Part shown: in pieces, positions 1 to 9,246 of the stretch
Layout of the letters: every line of letters starts with the position of its first letter
Position numbering within the stretch: position 1 is the first letter of the stretch
DNA from: an uncultured Methanosarcinales archaeon
Lineage (GTDB): Archaea > Nanobdellota > Nanobdellia > Woesearchaeales > JACJVW01
DNA: 62,277 nucleotides
Reading direction: 5' to 3'
NCBI GenBank assembly: GCA_964473285.1
Contig: CAYYOI010000002.1
Coordinates: 1-62,277 of the forward strand
The notes under the pieces: model-generated
Databases searched by the model: none
The model's input: the letters and a program-made list of their open reading frames with translations, nothing else
What the model was told of the DNA's origin: nothing
Position numbers and translations under genes: made by a program

Positions 1-62
1 TGTTATCCTCCTGCAAGGCAGCACCATTTTCTTTTTAAGTATCGGAGATACTGTAGACACCG

Positions 63-75
63 ATATATTTTTAAA
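63..75 (+). promoter_or_regulatory. putative archaeal TATA box upstream of 5S rRNA
   Basis: AT-rich atatatttttaaa about 25-30 nt upstream of the predicted 5S 5' end. Positional argument only. Confidence 0.35.
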
Positions 76-92
76 GGAGAATGGATTTCCCT

Positions 93-212
93 GTATCAGA
101 CGGCCAGAGTGGTCAGGATATACCTGTTCCCATTTCGAACACAGCAGTCAAGCTGACCTACGTTTCCGATTGTACTGTACTTCAGTACGGGAACTCGGAA
201 AAGCCGTCACCC
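93..212 (+). rRNA. 5S ribosomal RNA (ends +/-6 nt)
   Basis: Universal 5S string cccatttcgaacacagcagtcaagc. Complementary arms: gacggc(99-104)/gccgtc(203-208) helix I; ggtcag(111-116)/ctgacc(153-158) helix II; tttccga(163-169)/tcggaaa(195-201) and gtactg(172-177)/cagtac(183-188) helices V/IV. Confidence 0.85.
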
Positions 213-230
213 TTTTCTCAAAATGGTAAG

Positions 231-242
231 TTTTTTATATAT
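231..242 (+). promoter_or_regulatory. putative TATA box for archaellin-like gene
   Basis: ttttttatatat lies about 25-30 nt upstream of ATG 264, implying a leaderless or near-leaderless mRNA. Confidence 0.4.
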
Positions 243-263
243 CTTTAGTTGATGTCCTTAGAT

Positions 264-1112
264 ATGGATAAAAAAGGCGAGACGGGGATTAGTGTTCTAT
301 TCGTGATTATTGGAAGCATTCTTATTGTTACAGCTGTTGTGGGATTGTATCTTGTCAGCACGGACAAACTGCAGACACAAGGGCTTAACATTGCAGACAA
401 GAGTGAAAGATCTGTATCAAACAAGTTAAAGCTGGATGATCTTTCATCAACCTATACAAGTGATTACATGCTAAAGGACATGGAGGCCCAATTGAGGCTT
501 GAGACTGGTTCAGATGGTGTCAAGCTTAGTGATATAGCATTAAGCATTAAGAGCCCTAACAGCACATCCAAGCTGGTATACAAAGGAGTGGGCTCATCAA
601 CAGAGCATGCATCTGACGGGTATTTCACCTTTGGCCATGAGACCTATGATGTCCCTGGCACTACACCAGAGGATTTTGACGAAGACAATGTGTCTGAGTC
701 ATTGACACGATCCGAAGGTTATGCCTGGCTTAACTTGAGCGGAGGGGATGATGTAAGACTTGGAGGGTGTACTGCGCCTGCAACATTCAACCCTGAACTT
801 GAGGAAAATGAATATGTCAAAGAGGTTACAGGGACTTGCGAGGATTCAAATGTCACTTCAGTGACTGTAACACCTTACAGGATAGGAGAGGGATATTTCA
901 CAGCACAATATCTCAAGAAAGGAGATCATCCATTGGAGAACATGATAACAAATGGTGATATATTCAAGATATATTTTGAGATGCAGGAGCCTCTTGATAT
1001 AGAACAGATAGTAACAATAAATGTGGTTACACAGTCAGGAGCGCAAACACCTGTCATGTTCATCACACCTGATACTCCTAAAGTTGGAAGGGTATCCTTG
1101 AGCCATTATTGA
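264..1112 (+). CDS. archaellin-like / type IV pilin-like surface protein
   Basis: Track ORF 249..1112 starts at TTG. ATG 264 gives MDKKG|ETGISVLFVIIGSILIVTAVVGLYLV (class III signal plus hydrophobic helix), then an archaellin-like LQTQGLNIADKSERSVSNKL segment. Confidence 0.55.
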   Translation: MDKKGETGISVLFVIIGSILIVTAVVGLYLVSTDKLQTQGLNIADKSERSVSNKLKLDDLSSTYTSDYMLKDMEAQLRLETGSDGVKLSDIALSIKSPNSTSKLVYKGVGSSTEHASDGYFTFGHETYDVPGTTPEDFDEDNVSESLTRSEGYAWLNLSGGDDVRLGGCTAPATFNPELEENEYVKEVTGTCEDSNVTSVTVTPYRIGEGYFTAQYLKKGDHPLENMITNGDIFKIYFEMQEPLDIEQIVTINVVTQSGAQTPVMFITPDTPKVGRVSLSHY

Positions 1113-2164
1113 AGTTCAAGAACTATTTTTTTATCTTTAAGATCAACATTAACTACAGAGGGATGTCTCTCCAGTGTTTCCTTGATCTCTGCCCATGAGC
1201 ATTCCTGACTATGGATGTCAGAGAGCAGTTTTGAGAGTTCCTGATAACGGTTATATATCATATGAGCCTTTGCCTGGTTTTCCTCAATCTTTTTTTCCAT
1301 GTCTTCTAATGCCTGTGCCTGGGAGTCTATTATACGTTGGAGTTTCTTTTGCGCTTTGGTCTGAGAGGTCTCTATCTGCTGGACTTCGGTTTCAAGGCGT
1401 TGTGCAAAGACAGTGTCAATTGCTTCATTGAAAGTAGGATACCGGGTAAAGTCAGAATGCTCTTGCAATGGAAAGGGATATATCTCATTATTCTTAAGAA
1501 CAACAGGGTCGGCAGGAGTCTGAATAAATTGCTGTACTGTGTCATAGACTTCTTTAGTATCTGACTGGTCCTTCAGACGGGAAACTATCTCCTGGGCATA
1601 GGTTCCTCCTAAACCGAATGTTACGGCAAGGGATTTTACGAGGTTATCTCCAAGATGTTCCCTGAACTGTTCGTATGAGAGATCCGGCAGAAATGGCCGT
1701 CGTTTAGGTGTCTGGTAAGGATTGCCTGGTTTCATGACCCTGTCTTTCCAGGCCTGGGCCTTGTGAAGGGAGATCATCCTGTAATCTTCGCATAGTATAA
1801 CGTTTCCTTTTCCAAAACACTCTATCATCATCTCATAGGTCGTGTCCTTTGTCTCAAAGGTAATCTTTACAATCCGTTCCATGCCGACCTGTTCGATATT
1901 CTCTACACGGGCATTTGTAAGGCGCTTTCGAAGGAACATGCAAAAGCCTTTGGGATGGCCTGTGTTTTCACGCTTTACTGTTGTCAGATAGAAAAGATTG
2001 GGAAGCAGGATGCGAAGCATTGCCTTACCCTTACCTGGAACATGAAGCCTTATGAGAAACTCATCCTGGAGAGGCTGAAATATCTTATCAACCTTGCCTC
2101 TAACAAGCCATTGCAGTTCTGATACAATATAGGATAATTCAAAGCCTGAGATCTGTTCTTTCAT
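1106..2164 (-). CDS. NFACT-N domain protein (FbpA/Rqc2/RqcH-like), short form
   Basis: N-terminus ISGFELSYIVSEL..GKVDKIFQP..EFLIRLH..LLPNLFYLT fits the NFACT-N pattern. The C-terminal half is a coiled coil. Only 352 aa. Confidence 0.6.
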   Translation of the reverse strand: MKEQISGFELSYIVSELQWLVRGKVDKIFQPLQDEFLIRLHVPGKGKAMLRILLPNLFYLTTVKRENTGHPKGFCMFLRKRLTNARVENIEQVGMERIVKITFETKDTTYEMMIECFGKGNVILCEDYRMISLHKAQAWKDRVMKPGNPYQTPKRRPFLPDLSYEQFREHLGDNLVKSLAVTFGLGGTYAQEIVSRLKDQSDTKEVYDTVQQFIQTPADPVVLKNNEIYPFPLQEHSDFTRYPTFNEAIDTVFAQRLETEVQQIETSQTKAQKKLQRIIDSQAQALEDMEKKIEENQAKAHMIYNRYQELSKLLSDIHSQECSWAEIKETLERHPSVVNVDLKDKKIVLELQ

Positions 2165-2264
2165 GGATTGGAGGGACCTGGTTTAATATATAAAGGCTCT
2201 GGACATTTTCACTTGATGGAGTAATACTCAAATTTAAATAGAAGATAAACCTAAAATAAATCCT

Positions 2265-3332
2265 ATGAAGGATAAGCTGAGAAAAACTTTCCTTGAACTG
2301 GTAAGCATAAGTGAAGTATACCCTAATGAAGACAAGATAATAGGATACATAGAGAGAAGGCTTGCTGATTCAGGGATTGCTTTCAAGCGTGACTCTTTCA
2401 ATAATATAATTGCGTGGGTAGAGGGCAGTGGTCGTTCAATTCTACTCAATACCCATATGGACATACCTGAACCTAACCCAAAACTTTCTGTTATCTCACA
2501 AGGAGATATCATCTCCAGTGATGGCAATACAATCCTTGGAGCAGACCCAAAATCAGGACTTGCAGTGCTTATTGAATTTCTTATCAAAATAAAAGAATCG
2601 AAAGACAATCATCATACAGTAGAAGCTGTTATTACAAGAGGAGAGGAAGCTGGACTAATAGGAGCAACAAATCTGGATTACAGCCTGATAAAATCAAAGA
2701 GAGGATTAGTACTTGATGAGGACGGACCTGTCAGCAGGGTAATAATAAAAGCCCCATGTGTGATAAAGCTTGATATAGAGATTAGAGGAAAGAAAGGACA
2801 TCCGAGAAATCCAAAAGAGGGTAAAAACGTATTACCGGCATTAGAAGAGATATTATATAAGATACCACCAGGGTATTCAAAAGAAGGCCTAACCTGGAAT
2901 ATTGGATTGATCAGTGCGGGATCGGCTAGAAATACTATCCCAGGGGAACTTAATATTGCTGCTGAATTACGAAGCTATAGCAAAGAAGATATTGAGTCAG
3001 GATATAAGAGGATACACAAGCAGTTCAAAGATTCATGTTCAAATCGTGGTCTTTCCCTGAAGATTCAAATAACACAGAGATATTATGGGTATTCAATCAG
3101 TAATGATAGTGAACTGATAAATGACATGAGAAAAACTTACAAAAAAATGGATATAATGCCTGGATTCTATAGTACTTTCGGAGGTTCAGATGCAAATATC
3201 TTCAACAATAAAGGGATACAAACTGTTCCAATCGGTTCTGCATACTATAACGCGCACCAACACCAAGAATATGTCAGGATGGATGATATGCAAAACATAA
3301 TGAAATTCCTGGAACTATTCTATGCTTTCTAA
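2265..3332 (+). CDS. M20/M42-type metallopeptidase
   Basis: Motifs NTHMDIPEP, GADPKSGLAV, TRGEEAGLIGA and FGGSDANIF, typical of dinuclear-zinc M20-family peptidases. Confidence 0.6.
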   Translation: MKDKLRKTFLELVSISEVYPNEDKIIGYIERRLADSGIAFKRDSFNNIIAWVEGSGRSILLNTHMDIPEPNPKLSVISQGDIISSDGNTILGADPKSGLAVLIEFLIKIKESKDNHHTVEAVITRGEEAGLIGATNLDYSLIKSKRGLVLDEDGPVSRVIIKAPCVIKLDIEIRGKKGHPRNPKEGKNVLPALEEILYKIPPGYSKEGLTWNIGLISAGSARNTIPGELNIAAELRSYSKEDIESGYKRIHKQFKDSCSNRGLSLKIQITQRYYGYSISNDSELINDMRKTYKKMDIMPGFYSTFGGSDANIFNNKGIQTVPIGSAYYNAHQHQEYVRMDDMQNIMKFLELFYAF

Positions 3333-3965
3333 TTCAGAGAGGACATGTATGATATTATCTGCCATGTGAAAAGAGTCAGATGGAAATGTATTGGTTATTG
3401 CTATTGCCTGCATCCCTGCTTTTCTTGCAGCAATGATTCCATTGACGGAGTCCTCAACTACCATGCACTGGGAATAGTCAATGCCAATGTCCTCGGCAGC
3501 TCTCATGAAAAGGTCTGGAGCAGGCTTACTGTTTTGTACCATTTCTGAATGGACTGCTGCATCAAAAAAGGACAGGAGATTGAAACGGGAATCTATATAC
3601 TCAAGCATTTCCTTTCGGGCAGAGGTTGCAAGGGCAAGCCTGTATCTTTTCTGAAGGCGGGATAGGACAAATTTGACCCTGGGAAACAACCTGATATCAT
3701 CCTGGTATTGGGCTTCATAAGCAATCTTTTCTGATATGATATTCTCAGGCGTATCCTGAAGACCGAAGTCCCCTATCAGCCGCATTGCTATCTGCTTTGA
3801 GGATGTGCCGTTGTATTTCTTGAATTCTTCCTTATTGAAGGAGAGATTGCGTTTATCAAAGATTGATTTCCATATTTTCATATGGACTGGCATTGAATCA
3901 ACCAAAACACCGTCCATGTCAAAGATTATTGCCTGCATACAGATTCTTTGGGTGAAGTCATTCAT
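3315..3965 (-). CDS. HAD-superfamily hydrolase (beta-phosphoglucomutase-like)
   Basis: IIFDMDGVLVDS (motif I DxDG), LATSA (motif II), K at NSKPAPD (motif III), VEDSVNG (motif IV). Confidence 0.8.
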   Translation of the reverse strand: MNDFTQRICMQAIIFDMDGVLVDSMPVHMKIWKSIFDKRNLSFNKEEFKKYNGTSSKQIAMRLIGDFGLQDTPENIISEKIAYEAQYQDDIRLFPRVKFVLSRLQKRYRLALATSARKEMLEYIDSRFNLLSFFDAAVHSEMVQNSKPAPDLFMRAAEDIGIDYSQCMVVEDSVNGIIAARKAGMQAIAITNTFPSDSFHMADNIIHVLSELESIE

Positions 3966-3970
3966 AAAAG

Positions 3971-5569
3971 TTATGATACGGTGACAGATTTTGCAAGATT
4001 CCTGGGTTTGTCAATAGGCAGTCCTTTCTTCAATGCTGCATGGTAACTCATCAGATGGCCCCTGATGGTTGAAAGGATCACATCCTCAAGTCTTGAGCAG
4101 GGAAGTTCCATAAGCTCACCGCCACGTGCGCGTACTTCAGAGTTTGTGTGTGGATCAGCAAGGCTTAATACCTGAAAACCTGATTCGACAAGTGCAAGGG
4201 GGCCGTGCTTGAGTTCACCTGCAATGACGGGTTCAGCATGAATATAGGTAACCTCTTTTAACTTGAGAGCAATCTCCCTTGCTACAGGGTAGAAGATGCC
4301 TTTGCCCAGGACAAAACAGCGCTCATCCACAAGGGGGATTGAAGTGTCATGTATAACCTGTTCGATCAGGTGGGGGATTCTATCAATATCAATTGAGAGC
4401 CCTAAAAGGCCTGCGATCCTGAAGAGCATAATCACTTGATTGGTGAAGGCTTTTGTGGATGCAACAGCTATCTCTGATCCTGCGCAGATATCAAGGGTTA
4501 CATCACTAATACGGTGAAGGGTGGAGGCAGGGACATTGACTATTGAGATGACACGGGCATTGGTGTTTTTTATGCATCGCAACAAGTCCATTGTCTCCCC
4601 GCTTTGTGAAAATGCTATGATAAGGTCAGGGTTTCCAGTGTATTCTGAGGCTATGTGAGCCTGGGCGTCCATTCCACACTGTCTAAAGAGATGCTCTCCT
4701 ATGAGTGCGGCATGATAACTGGTCCCGCATCCCAGTAATACAGTCTTATTATTTTTGATGAGATTTTTTGCATTGTGCAGTGCATCTTTTTGAGAGGGGA
4801 AACTATCGATCAGGTTCCTGGCAGTTCTTGGCTGTTCTTCAATCTCCTTTAGCATGTGATGCTCATAGTTTCGCTTATCATGAGTTGTATCATACATGCT
4901 GAATGATTCAGGCTTAGGCTGGAGTCGTTTACCCTGTTTGAAGACTTTTATATCTGAAGAGATCACAGCATAGGAATCATCTTCAAGAAATATTGCTGAA
5001 TCTGTCTTGTCAGAAAATGCGTGGATATCTGATGCTATGTAGATGGTGTTTCCTGATGTACCTATTGCAAGAGAGGAGTCCCGCTTCAGGCAATAGATTG
5101 TTCTTTCATGAAGAATCAAAATTGCAAATGTGCCATCTATCTCATCTAGGAATTTCTGGCAAATCTCTTGCATTGAAAGTGAGGATAAATGATAATCAAA
5201 ATAATGAACAATGAATTCTGAATCTGTATCTGAATAAAATATGTATCCCTTTTTTTCCAGTTCTTCCCTTTTGACATTGAGGATTCCGTTGTGAACTGCA
5301 AATACTGTCTTGCTCTTATTTGCATGAGGATGGGCATTATTTTCTGTTATGGTCCCATGGGTAGCCCAGCGGGTATGAGATATACCTCTTGTTGCACGTT
5401 CGTTTTTGATCTCTTCTCGAAGGTTATCTATCCCTCCAACAGTCTTTTCAAAGATTGAATCTGTAACAAGGCCTGCTGAGTCATAACCCCTGTATTCGAG
5501 CCTTTCTAAGCGATCAATCAATTCATTTACCTGGAAATCTCCGCTCATCCCCACTATTCCGCACATCAT
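3971..5569 (-). CDS. glmS: glutamine--fructose-6-phosphate aminotransferase
   Basis: N-terminal nucleophile MCGIVG, RWATHG, and SIS motifs GCGTSYHAA and SQSGET. Sits in a cluster with glmU-like and glmM. Confidence 0.9.
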   Translation of the reverse strand: MMCGIVGMSGDFQVNELIDRLERLEYRGYDSAGLVTDSIFEKTVGGIDNLREEIKNERATRGISHTRWATHGTITENNAHPHANKSKTVFAVHNGILNVKREELEKKGYIFYSDTDSEFIVHYFDYHLSSLSMQEICQKFLDEIDGTFAILILHERTIYCLKRDSSLAIGTSGNTIYIASDIHAFSDKTDSAIFLEDDSYAVISSDIKVFKQGKRLQPKPESFSMYDTTHDKRNYEHHMLKEIEEQPRTARNLIDSFPSQKDALHNAKNLIKNNKTVLLGCGTSYHAALIGEHLFRQCGMDAQAHIASEYTGNPDLIIAFSQSGETMDLLRCIKNTNARVISIVNVPASTLHRISDVTLDICAGSEIAVASTKAFTNQVIMLFRIAGLLGLSIDIDRIPHLIEQVIHDTSIPLVDERCFVLGKGIFYPVAREIALKLKEVTYIHAEPVIAGELKHGPLALVESGFQVLSLADPHTNSEVRARGGELMELPCSRLEDVILSTIRGHLMSYHAALKKGLPIDKPRNLAKSVTVS

Positions 5570-6717
5570 ATCACCTCATTTGGTCTTGTCCATTGACCGG
5601 GGTCGATTGCAATACCTGGATAAAGCATCGTCCCTATACCGGTCTTTACGTCGTCTGCAATGATCGCACCAAACTTTCGCCTTCCTGTGGAGCATACACT
5701 CCCGTTCACCTGCATTTTTATTTCCTTATTATCATGCCTAAGATTGGCTGTGATGGTTCCTGCGCCAATGTTCACGTTGGTTCCGATGATTGAATCACCA
5801 ATGTATGACAGGTGACCTACTGATGCACCGGAAAAGAGAAGTGAATTCTTGATCTCACATGCATTGCCTACTTTTACATTATCCTGGATGACTGTTCCTT
5901 TTCGTATGTAACAGTTCGGGCCGATGGTGCAGCCTGAACCTATATAGACCGGACCTTCGATGTATGCACCGCTTTTTATCGTGGTATTTGCACCCACCCG
6001 GACAAGGCCTTTTAGTGTAGCCCTTTTCTCAACCTTACCCTGAATGGATGGTTTCATGCGGTTGACAAAGAATTCCTGCACCTCCAATAGCTGCCAGGGA
6101 TAGCCTACTGGTAACCAGTACTCTCTTATCGACTCAAAATGAAGTTTATTTCTGTTGATAAGGGAGTGAAGATAGTCAATTATCTCGTATTCCCCTCTTG
6201 GAGAGGGTTCTAGCTTATTTTGAAATATTGCTGTGTCCAGAACATAAGCGCCAGTGTTTGCCAGATCAGAGGGTGGCTGTGAAGGCTTCTCGATCAAGGC
6301 AGTCACTAAGTCACCTTTTGATGCAATCACCCCATAGCGTTCTGGATTCTTCACCCTGGAAACAAGGATTGCATAGCGATTCTTGATAAGCCTTTTAAGA
6401 TCATCTCGATTATAGAGATCGTCACCATTCAAAACGATGAATCGGTCTTTTAAATATGGCCGGGCTGCATTGAGTGCAGCGCCAGTACCATTCACTTCGT
6501 TTTGCTCGATAAATGTAACAGGAAGATATGACGGGACTGAGAACTGCTCTTTTTTGTAGTTCACTATAACCAAGACTTCTTCTGCCAGGCCTCTCAACTG
6601 GAAGAGATTATGAGCCAGAAGTGTTGAATCAAGTACAGGAAGCATGGGTTTTGGACGTGTAAGTGTCAAGGGGTACATGCGGGTAGATTTTCCTGCTGCA
6701 AGGATTACTGCCTGCAT
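5566..6717 (-). CDS. glmU: bifunctional sugar-1-phosphate nucleotidylyltransferase/acetyltransferase (archaeal GlmU-like)
   Basis: ILAAGKSTRMYPLT..RPKPMLPV nucleotidyltransferase loop. C-terminal hexapeptide (left-handed beta-helix) repeats IGSGCTIGPNCYI.. and IGDSIIGTNVNIGAG. Confidence 0.8.
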   Translation of the reverse strand: MQAVILAAGKSTRMYPLTLTRPKPMLPVLDSTLLAHNLFQLRGLAEEVLVIVNYKKEQFSVPSYLPVTFIEQNEVNGTGAALNAARPYLKDRFIVLNGDDLYNRDDLKRLIKNRYAILVSRVKNPERYGVIASKGDLVTALIEKPSQPPSDLANTGAYVLDTAIFQNKLEPSPRGEYEIIDYLHSLINRNKLHFESIREYWLPVGYPWQLLEVQEFFVNRMKPSIQGKVEKRATLKGLVRVGANTTIKSGAYIEGPVYIGSGCTIGPNCYIRKGTVIQDNVKVGNACEIKNSLLFSGASVGHLSYIGDSIIGTNVNIGAGTITANLRHDNKEIKMQVNGSVCSTGRRKFGAIIADDVKTGIGTMLYPGIAIDPGQWTRPNEVI

Positions 6718-8000
6718 ATTTCAGCCTCCATTGTATTGTGGATACTTTCAGCATAGGATGCAAGGTCTGTTTCACTTGGCGATTCAACAAGAATCCTCAC
6801 TTTTGGTTCAGTTCCAGAGTAGCGTACAAGAACCCTGCCATTGATTTTTCTCTCAACATCAGTTATATGTCTCTGGGTCTTTAACAATGAAACCATAGGT
6901 GGCTTCCTTTCCACAGTGTAGTTCCTTAGCAACTGCGGGTATGGCTTGAAGGAAGAGACAAGGTCAGAGAGGGGTTTTTGGTAGTATTTTATGATGCGGG
7001 CAATCATAAGTGTGCTCAAAAGTCCATCACCTGTAGTGCCATAATTACGATAGATCAAATGCCCGGAGTTCTCACCTCCGAACAGCAGGTCATCCTCCTT
7101 CATCCGATAATAGACGTTGCGATCACCACATTTTTCCCGGATAACTTTTATGCCTTTGGTTGAAAGATTATCATCAAGGGCTTTGTTACTGTACTCTGTG
7201 GCAACTATGGCGTTCAGGCCTTGGGTTTCCTTGAGATATATCGCATTCAACCAAAGGAGAGTATCACCATCAATAATATTACCTTTCTCGTCGACAAATA
7301 CAGAACGGTCGCAGTCACCATCAAGTGATACGCCATAATCGGCATGGTGCCCATTGATATAAGCACTCACTTTTTTTGGATATAGGGCGCCACAGCCTTC
7401 ATTGATATTAGTGCCATCTGGTGAATCATTGATGACACTCACTTTTGCCCCTGTTTTTTGCAAAAGGGTTTGTGCCAGGAAAGAAGCAGCACCGTTTGCA
7501 CAGTCAATCACAACATGCATGCCGGATAAGTCAAAACCGGAGAGAGATTCAAGATAAGGGTCATTTTGCAAGGGTTTGATTGAGGGGGTCGACTCATAAC
7601 TATCAATATAGTTTGCAGAGTCCAATGCCTCCTCCAGGAGAGTTTCCTCATGTTTTGTCAGTTTCTCGCCCATGGGGTTGAATAGCTTTATTCCATTATC
7701 AGAAAAAGGGTTATGTGAAGCAGTTATCATGATGCCACCTGATGCGCCATGATGTCTGGTCAGGTATGCTACTGCAGGGGTAGGTATGATTCCTGCATCA
7801 AGAATCTCACCTCCAGCATCAGAGATACCCTCACATAAAGGATCTGAAAGAAGATTACAGGACTTTCTGGTGTCTTGTCCAAGTACAAGTCTCACTTTTT
7901 TGCTATTTTTGACCAATACCTGCCCTAATTTATAAAGGATTTCAGGTGTCAAAGGATATTCCAAAGGCTTTCCACGTATCCCATCTGTTCCAAATATCAT
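6705..8000 (-). CDS. glmM: phosphoglucosamine/phosphohexose mutase
   Basis: GTDGIRG, TASHNP (phosphoserine loop), LDGDCDR (Mg site), GGENSGH. I place the start at ATG 8000 (MIFGTDGIRG) because atttaaaa at 8022-8029 is a TATA box about 29 nt upstream. The track ORF extends to 8105. Confidence 0.85.
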   Translation of the reverse strand: MIFGTDGIRGKPLEYPLTPEILYKLGQVLVKNSKKVRLVLGQDTRKSCNLLSDPLCEGISDAGGEILDAGIIPTPAVAYLTRHHGASGGIMITASHNPFSDNGIKLFNPMGEKLTKHEETLLEEALDSANYIDSYESTPSIKPLQNDPYLESLSGFDLSGMHVVIDCANGAASFLAQTLLQKTGAKVSVINDSPDGTNINEGCGALYPKKVSAYINGHHADYGVSLDGDCDRSVFVDEKGNIIDGDTLLWLNAIYLKETQGLNAIVATEYSNKALDDNLSTKGIKVIREKCGDRNVYYRMKEDDLLFGGENSGHLIYRNYGTTGDGLLSTLMIARIIKYYQKPLSDLVSSFKPYPQLLRNYTVERKPPMVSLLKTQRHITDVERKINGRVLVRYSGTEPKVRILVESPSETDLASYAESIHNTMEAEICRQ

Positions 8001-8021
8001 GAAATCATGGGTAACTGAGGG

Positions 8022-8029
8022 ATTTAAAA
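8022..8029 (-). promoter_or_regulatory. putative TATA box for glmM-glmU-glmS operon
   Basis: Minus-strand ttttaaat about 29 nt upstream of ATG 8000. Confidence 0.4.
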
Positions 8030-8255
8030 CCTTAATTAAGAAGAACATGATACTAAAAAAGAGAAAAAGGAACAAAATAACTATTAGGACTGAATCAGAG
8101 GGCAAAATAAGGATTTAAAAGGAAAATAAGACCAAAATAAGATTACTGCACCAAAAGAAAGGGAAAACCAGTTAACATACTGAAGTTATCAGGCAGAAAA
8201 AAAAGATAATATTATCATAAATTTTATAATAATCAGCCTCACTTTTCCTGATAAA

Positions 8256-9158
8256 ATGAGGGTATTAAGACAAAACAATGGAAGATGGGAGACAAGCACA
8301 GCACAGAGAATAGATCAGTTAAGGATATCAAAAAACAGGCAAAAGATCTTAAGAATCCTGGGAGAAGAGCCGCTATTCCCCTCACAAATAGCTCAAAAGA
8401 TGGGGCTGAATGAACAAACTATATATTACCACCTCAAGGCCCTGCATAGGGCAGAAATCATAAAAATCGTGGAAAAAAAGCCAATAAGAGGCACAATCGC
8501 GCATAAGTACAGCCTCACTTCAAACAACATATTAATCCCGATAAAAGATGAATGGTATCCTTTCAAGACAAAAGAAGAAGAGAAGGACCAAAAACTAAGC
8601 TCATTTCTTGCGCCATTCATAGAAGACCATTTCACTGGCAAATTTGTAGTTGGCAACCCCGACCCTCATGGCCCATTCAAGGCAAGGGCAAGAGATGGAC
8701 ATTATGCTATTGATTTAGGGTTATTTTTAGGCCAATTAGGCTCACTTTCAGGGGATTTTAGTGTTGCTTTGGATGTGGATACTGACATAAGAGCAGAAGA
8801 CAAGAATATTATCGTTGTAGGAGGCCCTGTCACAAATTTGGTGATGGAAGAGCTAAACAGACACATGCCTGTCACTTTCGTAAGAGAAGATATATGGAGG
8901 GTAAAGGGGAAAGACATGTATGCAGAGGATGCCACAGGAGTGATTGCAAGGATCCCAAACCCTTATAACCCTCACAAATGGTGCCTGATACTTGCAGGAA
9001 CAAGAGGGATAGGAACAAAAACAGCAGTGATAGGGCTTACAAGATTCACAGAAAAGGTGCTGAGCAAGTTCAGCGGACAAAAGAGATTCTATACCATCCT
9101 CCAGGGATTTGACCTGGATGGAGACAGTAAGATAGATGCTGTAGAGGTTTTAGAGTGA
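8256..9158 (+). CDS. ArsR-type winged-helix regulator with large uncharacterised C-terminal domain
   Basis: NRQKILRILGEEPLFPSQIAQKMGLNEQTIYYHLKALHRAEII is a wHTH. ttttataat at 8222-8230 is a TATA-like element about 30 nt upstream. Confidence 0.65.
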   Translation: MRVLRQNNGRWETSTAQRIDQLRISKNRQKILRILGEEPLFPSQIAQKMGLNEQTIYYHLKALHRAEIIKIVEKKPIRGTIAHKYSLTSNNILIPIKDEWYPFKTKEEEKDQKLSSFLAPFIEDHFTGKFVVGNPDPHGPFKARARDGHYAIDLGLFLGQLGSLSGDFSVALDVDTDIRAEDKNIIVVGGPVTNLVMEELNRHMPVTFVREDIWRVKGKDMYAEDATGVIARIPNPYNPHKWCLILAGTRGIGTKTAVIGLTRFTEKVLSKFSGQKRFYTILQGFDLDGDSKIDAVEVLE

Positions 9159-9159
9159 G

Positions 9160-9175
9160 ATGTCCTTAAGGACAT
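9160..9175. promoter_or_regulatory. perfect 16-bp palindrome atgtccttaaggacat (candidate operator)
   Basis: Self-complementary 16-mer 2 nt after the stop of the ArsR-like gene and about 72 nt upstream of ATG 9247. Followed by two more atgtccc copies (9174-9180, 9183-9189). Confidence 0.5.
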
Positions 9176-9246
9176 GTCCCAAATGTCCCAGGATACTGGG
9201 AAAATTATTTAAAGAAGAAGTATTTTAGAGTTATACAGGATATAAT

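Noticed and set aside
1-30. ...ggcagcacca at the window start as the 3' end of a tRNA with encoded CCA.
   Set aside because: No T-arm (GTTCRANYC-like) sequence and no acceptor complementarity is visible in the available 27 nt. The evidence is insufficient.
1195-1564. Track ORFs 1195..1431(+) and 1337..1564(+), antisense to the NFACT gene.
   Set aside because: They lie fully inside a longer ORF with recognisable domain motifs on the opposite strand, and their composition is not protein-like. The same reasoning applies to most 60-140 aa antisense or alternate-frame ORFs in the track. Examples: 2234..2608, 3345..3548, 4993..5214, 12719..13078, 13981..14364, 21042..21452, 38292..38786, 39848..40279, 43286..43813, 50978..51412, 52733..53116, 56416..57054.
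8001-8105. N-terminal 35-aa hydrophobic extension of GlmM suggested by the longest ORF (MPSDSVLIVILFLFLFFSIMFF..).
   Set aside because: Phosphohexomutases are cytoplasmic and start near GxDGxRG. A TATA-like element sits about 29 nt upstream of the internal ATG 8000. The extension is encoded by the AT-rich promoter region.
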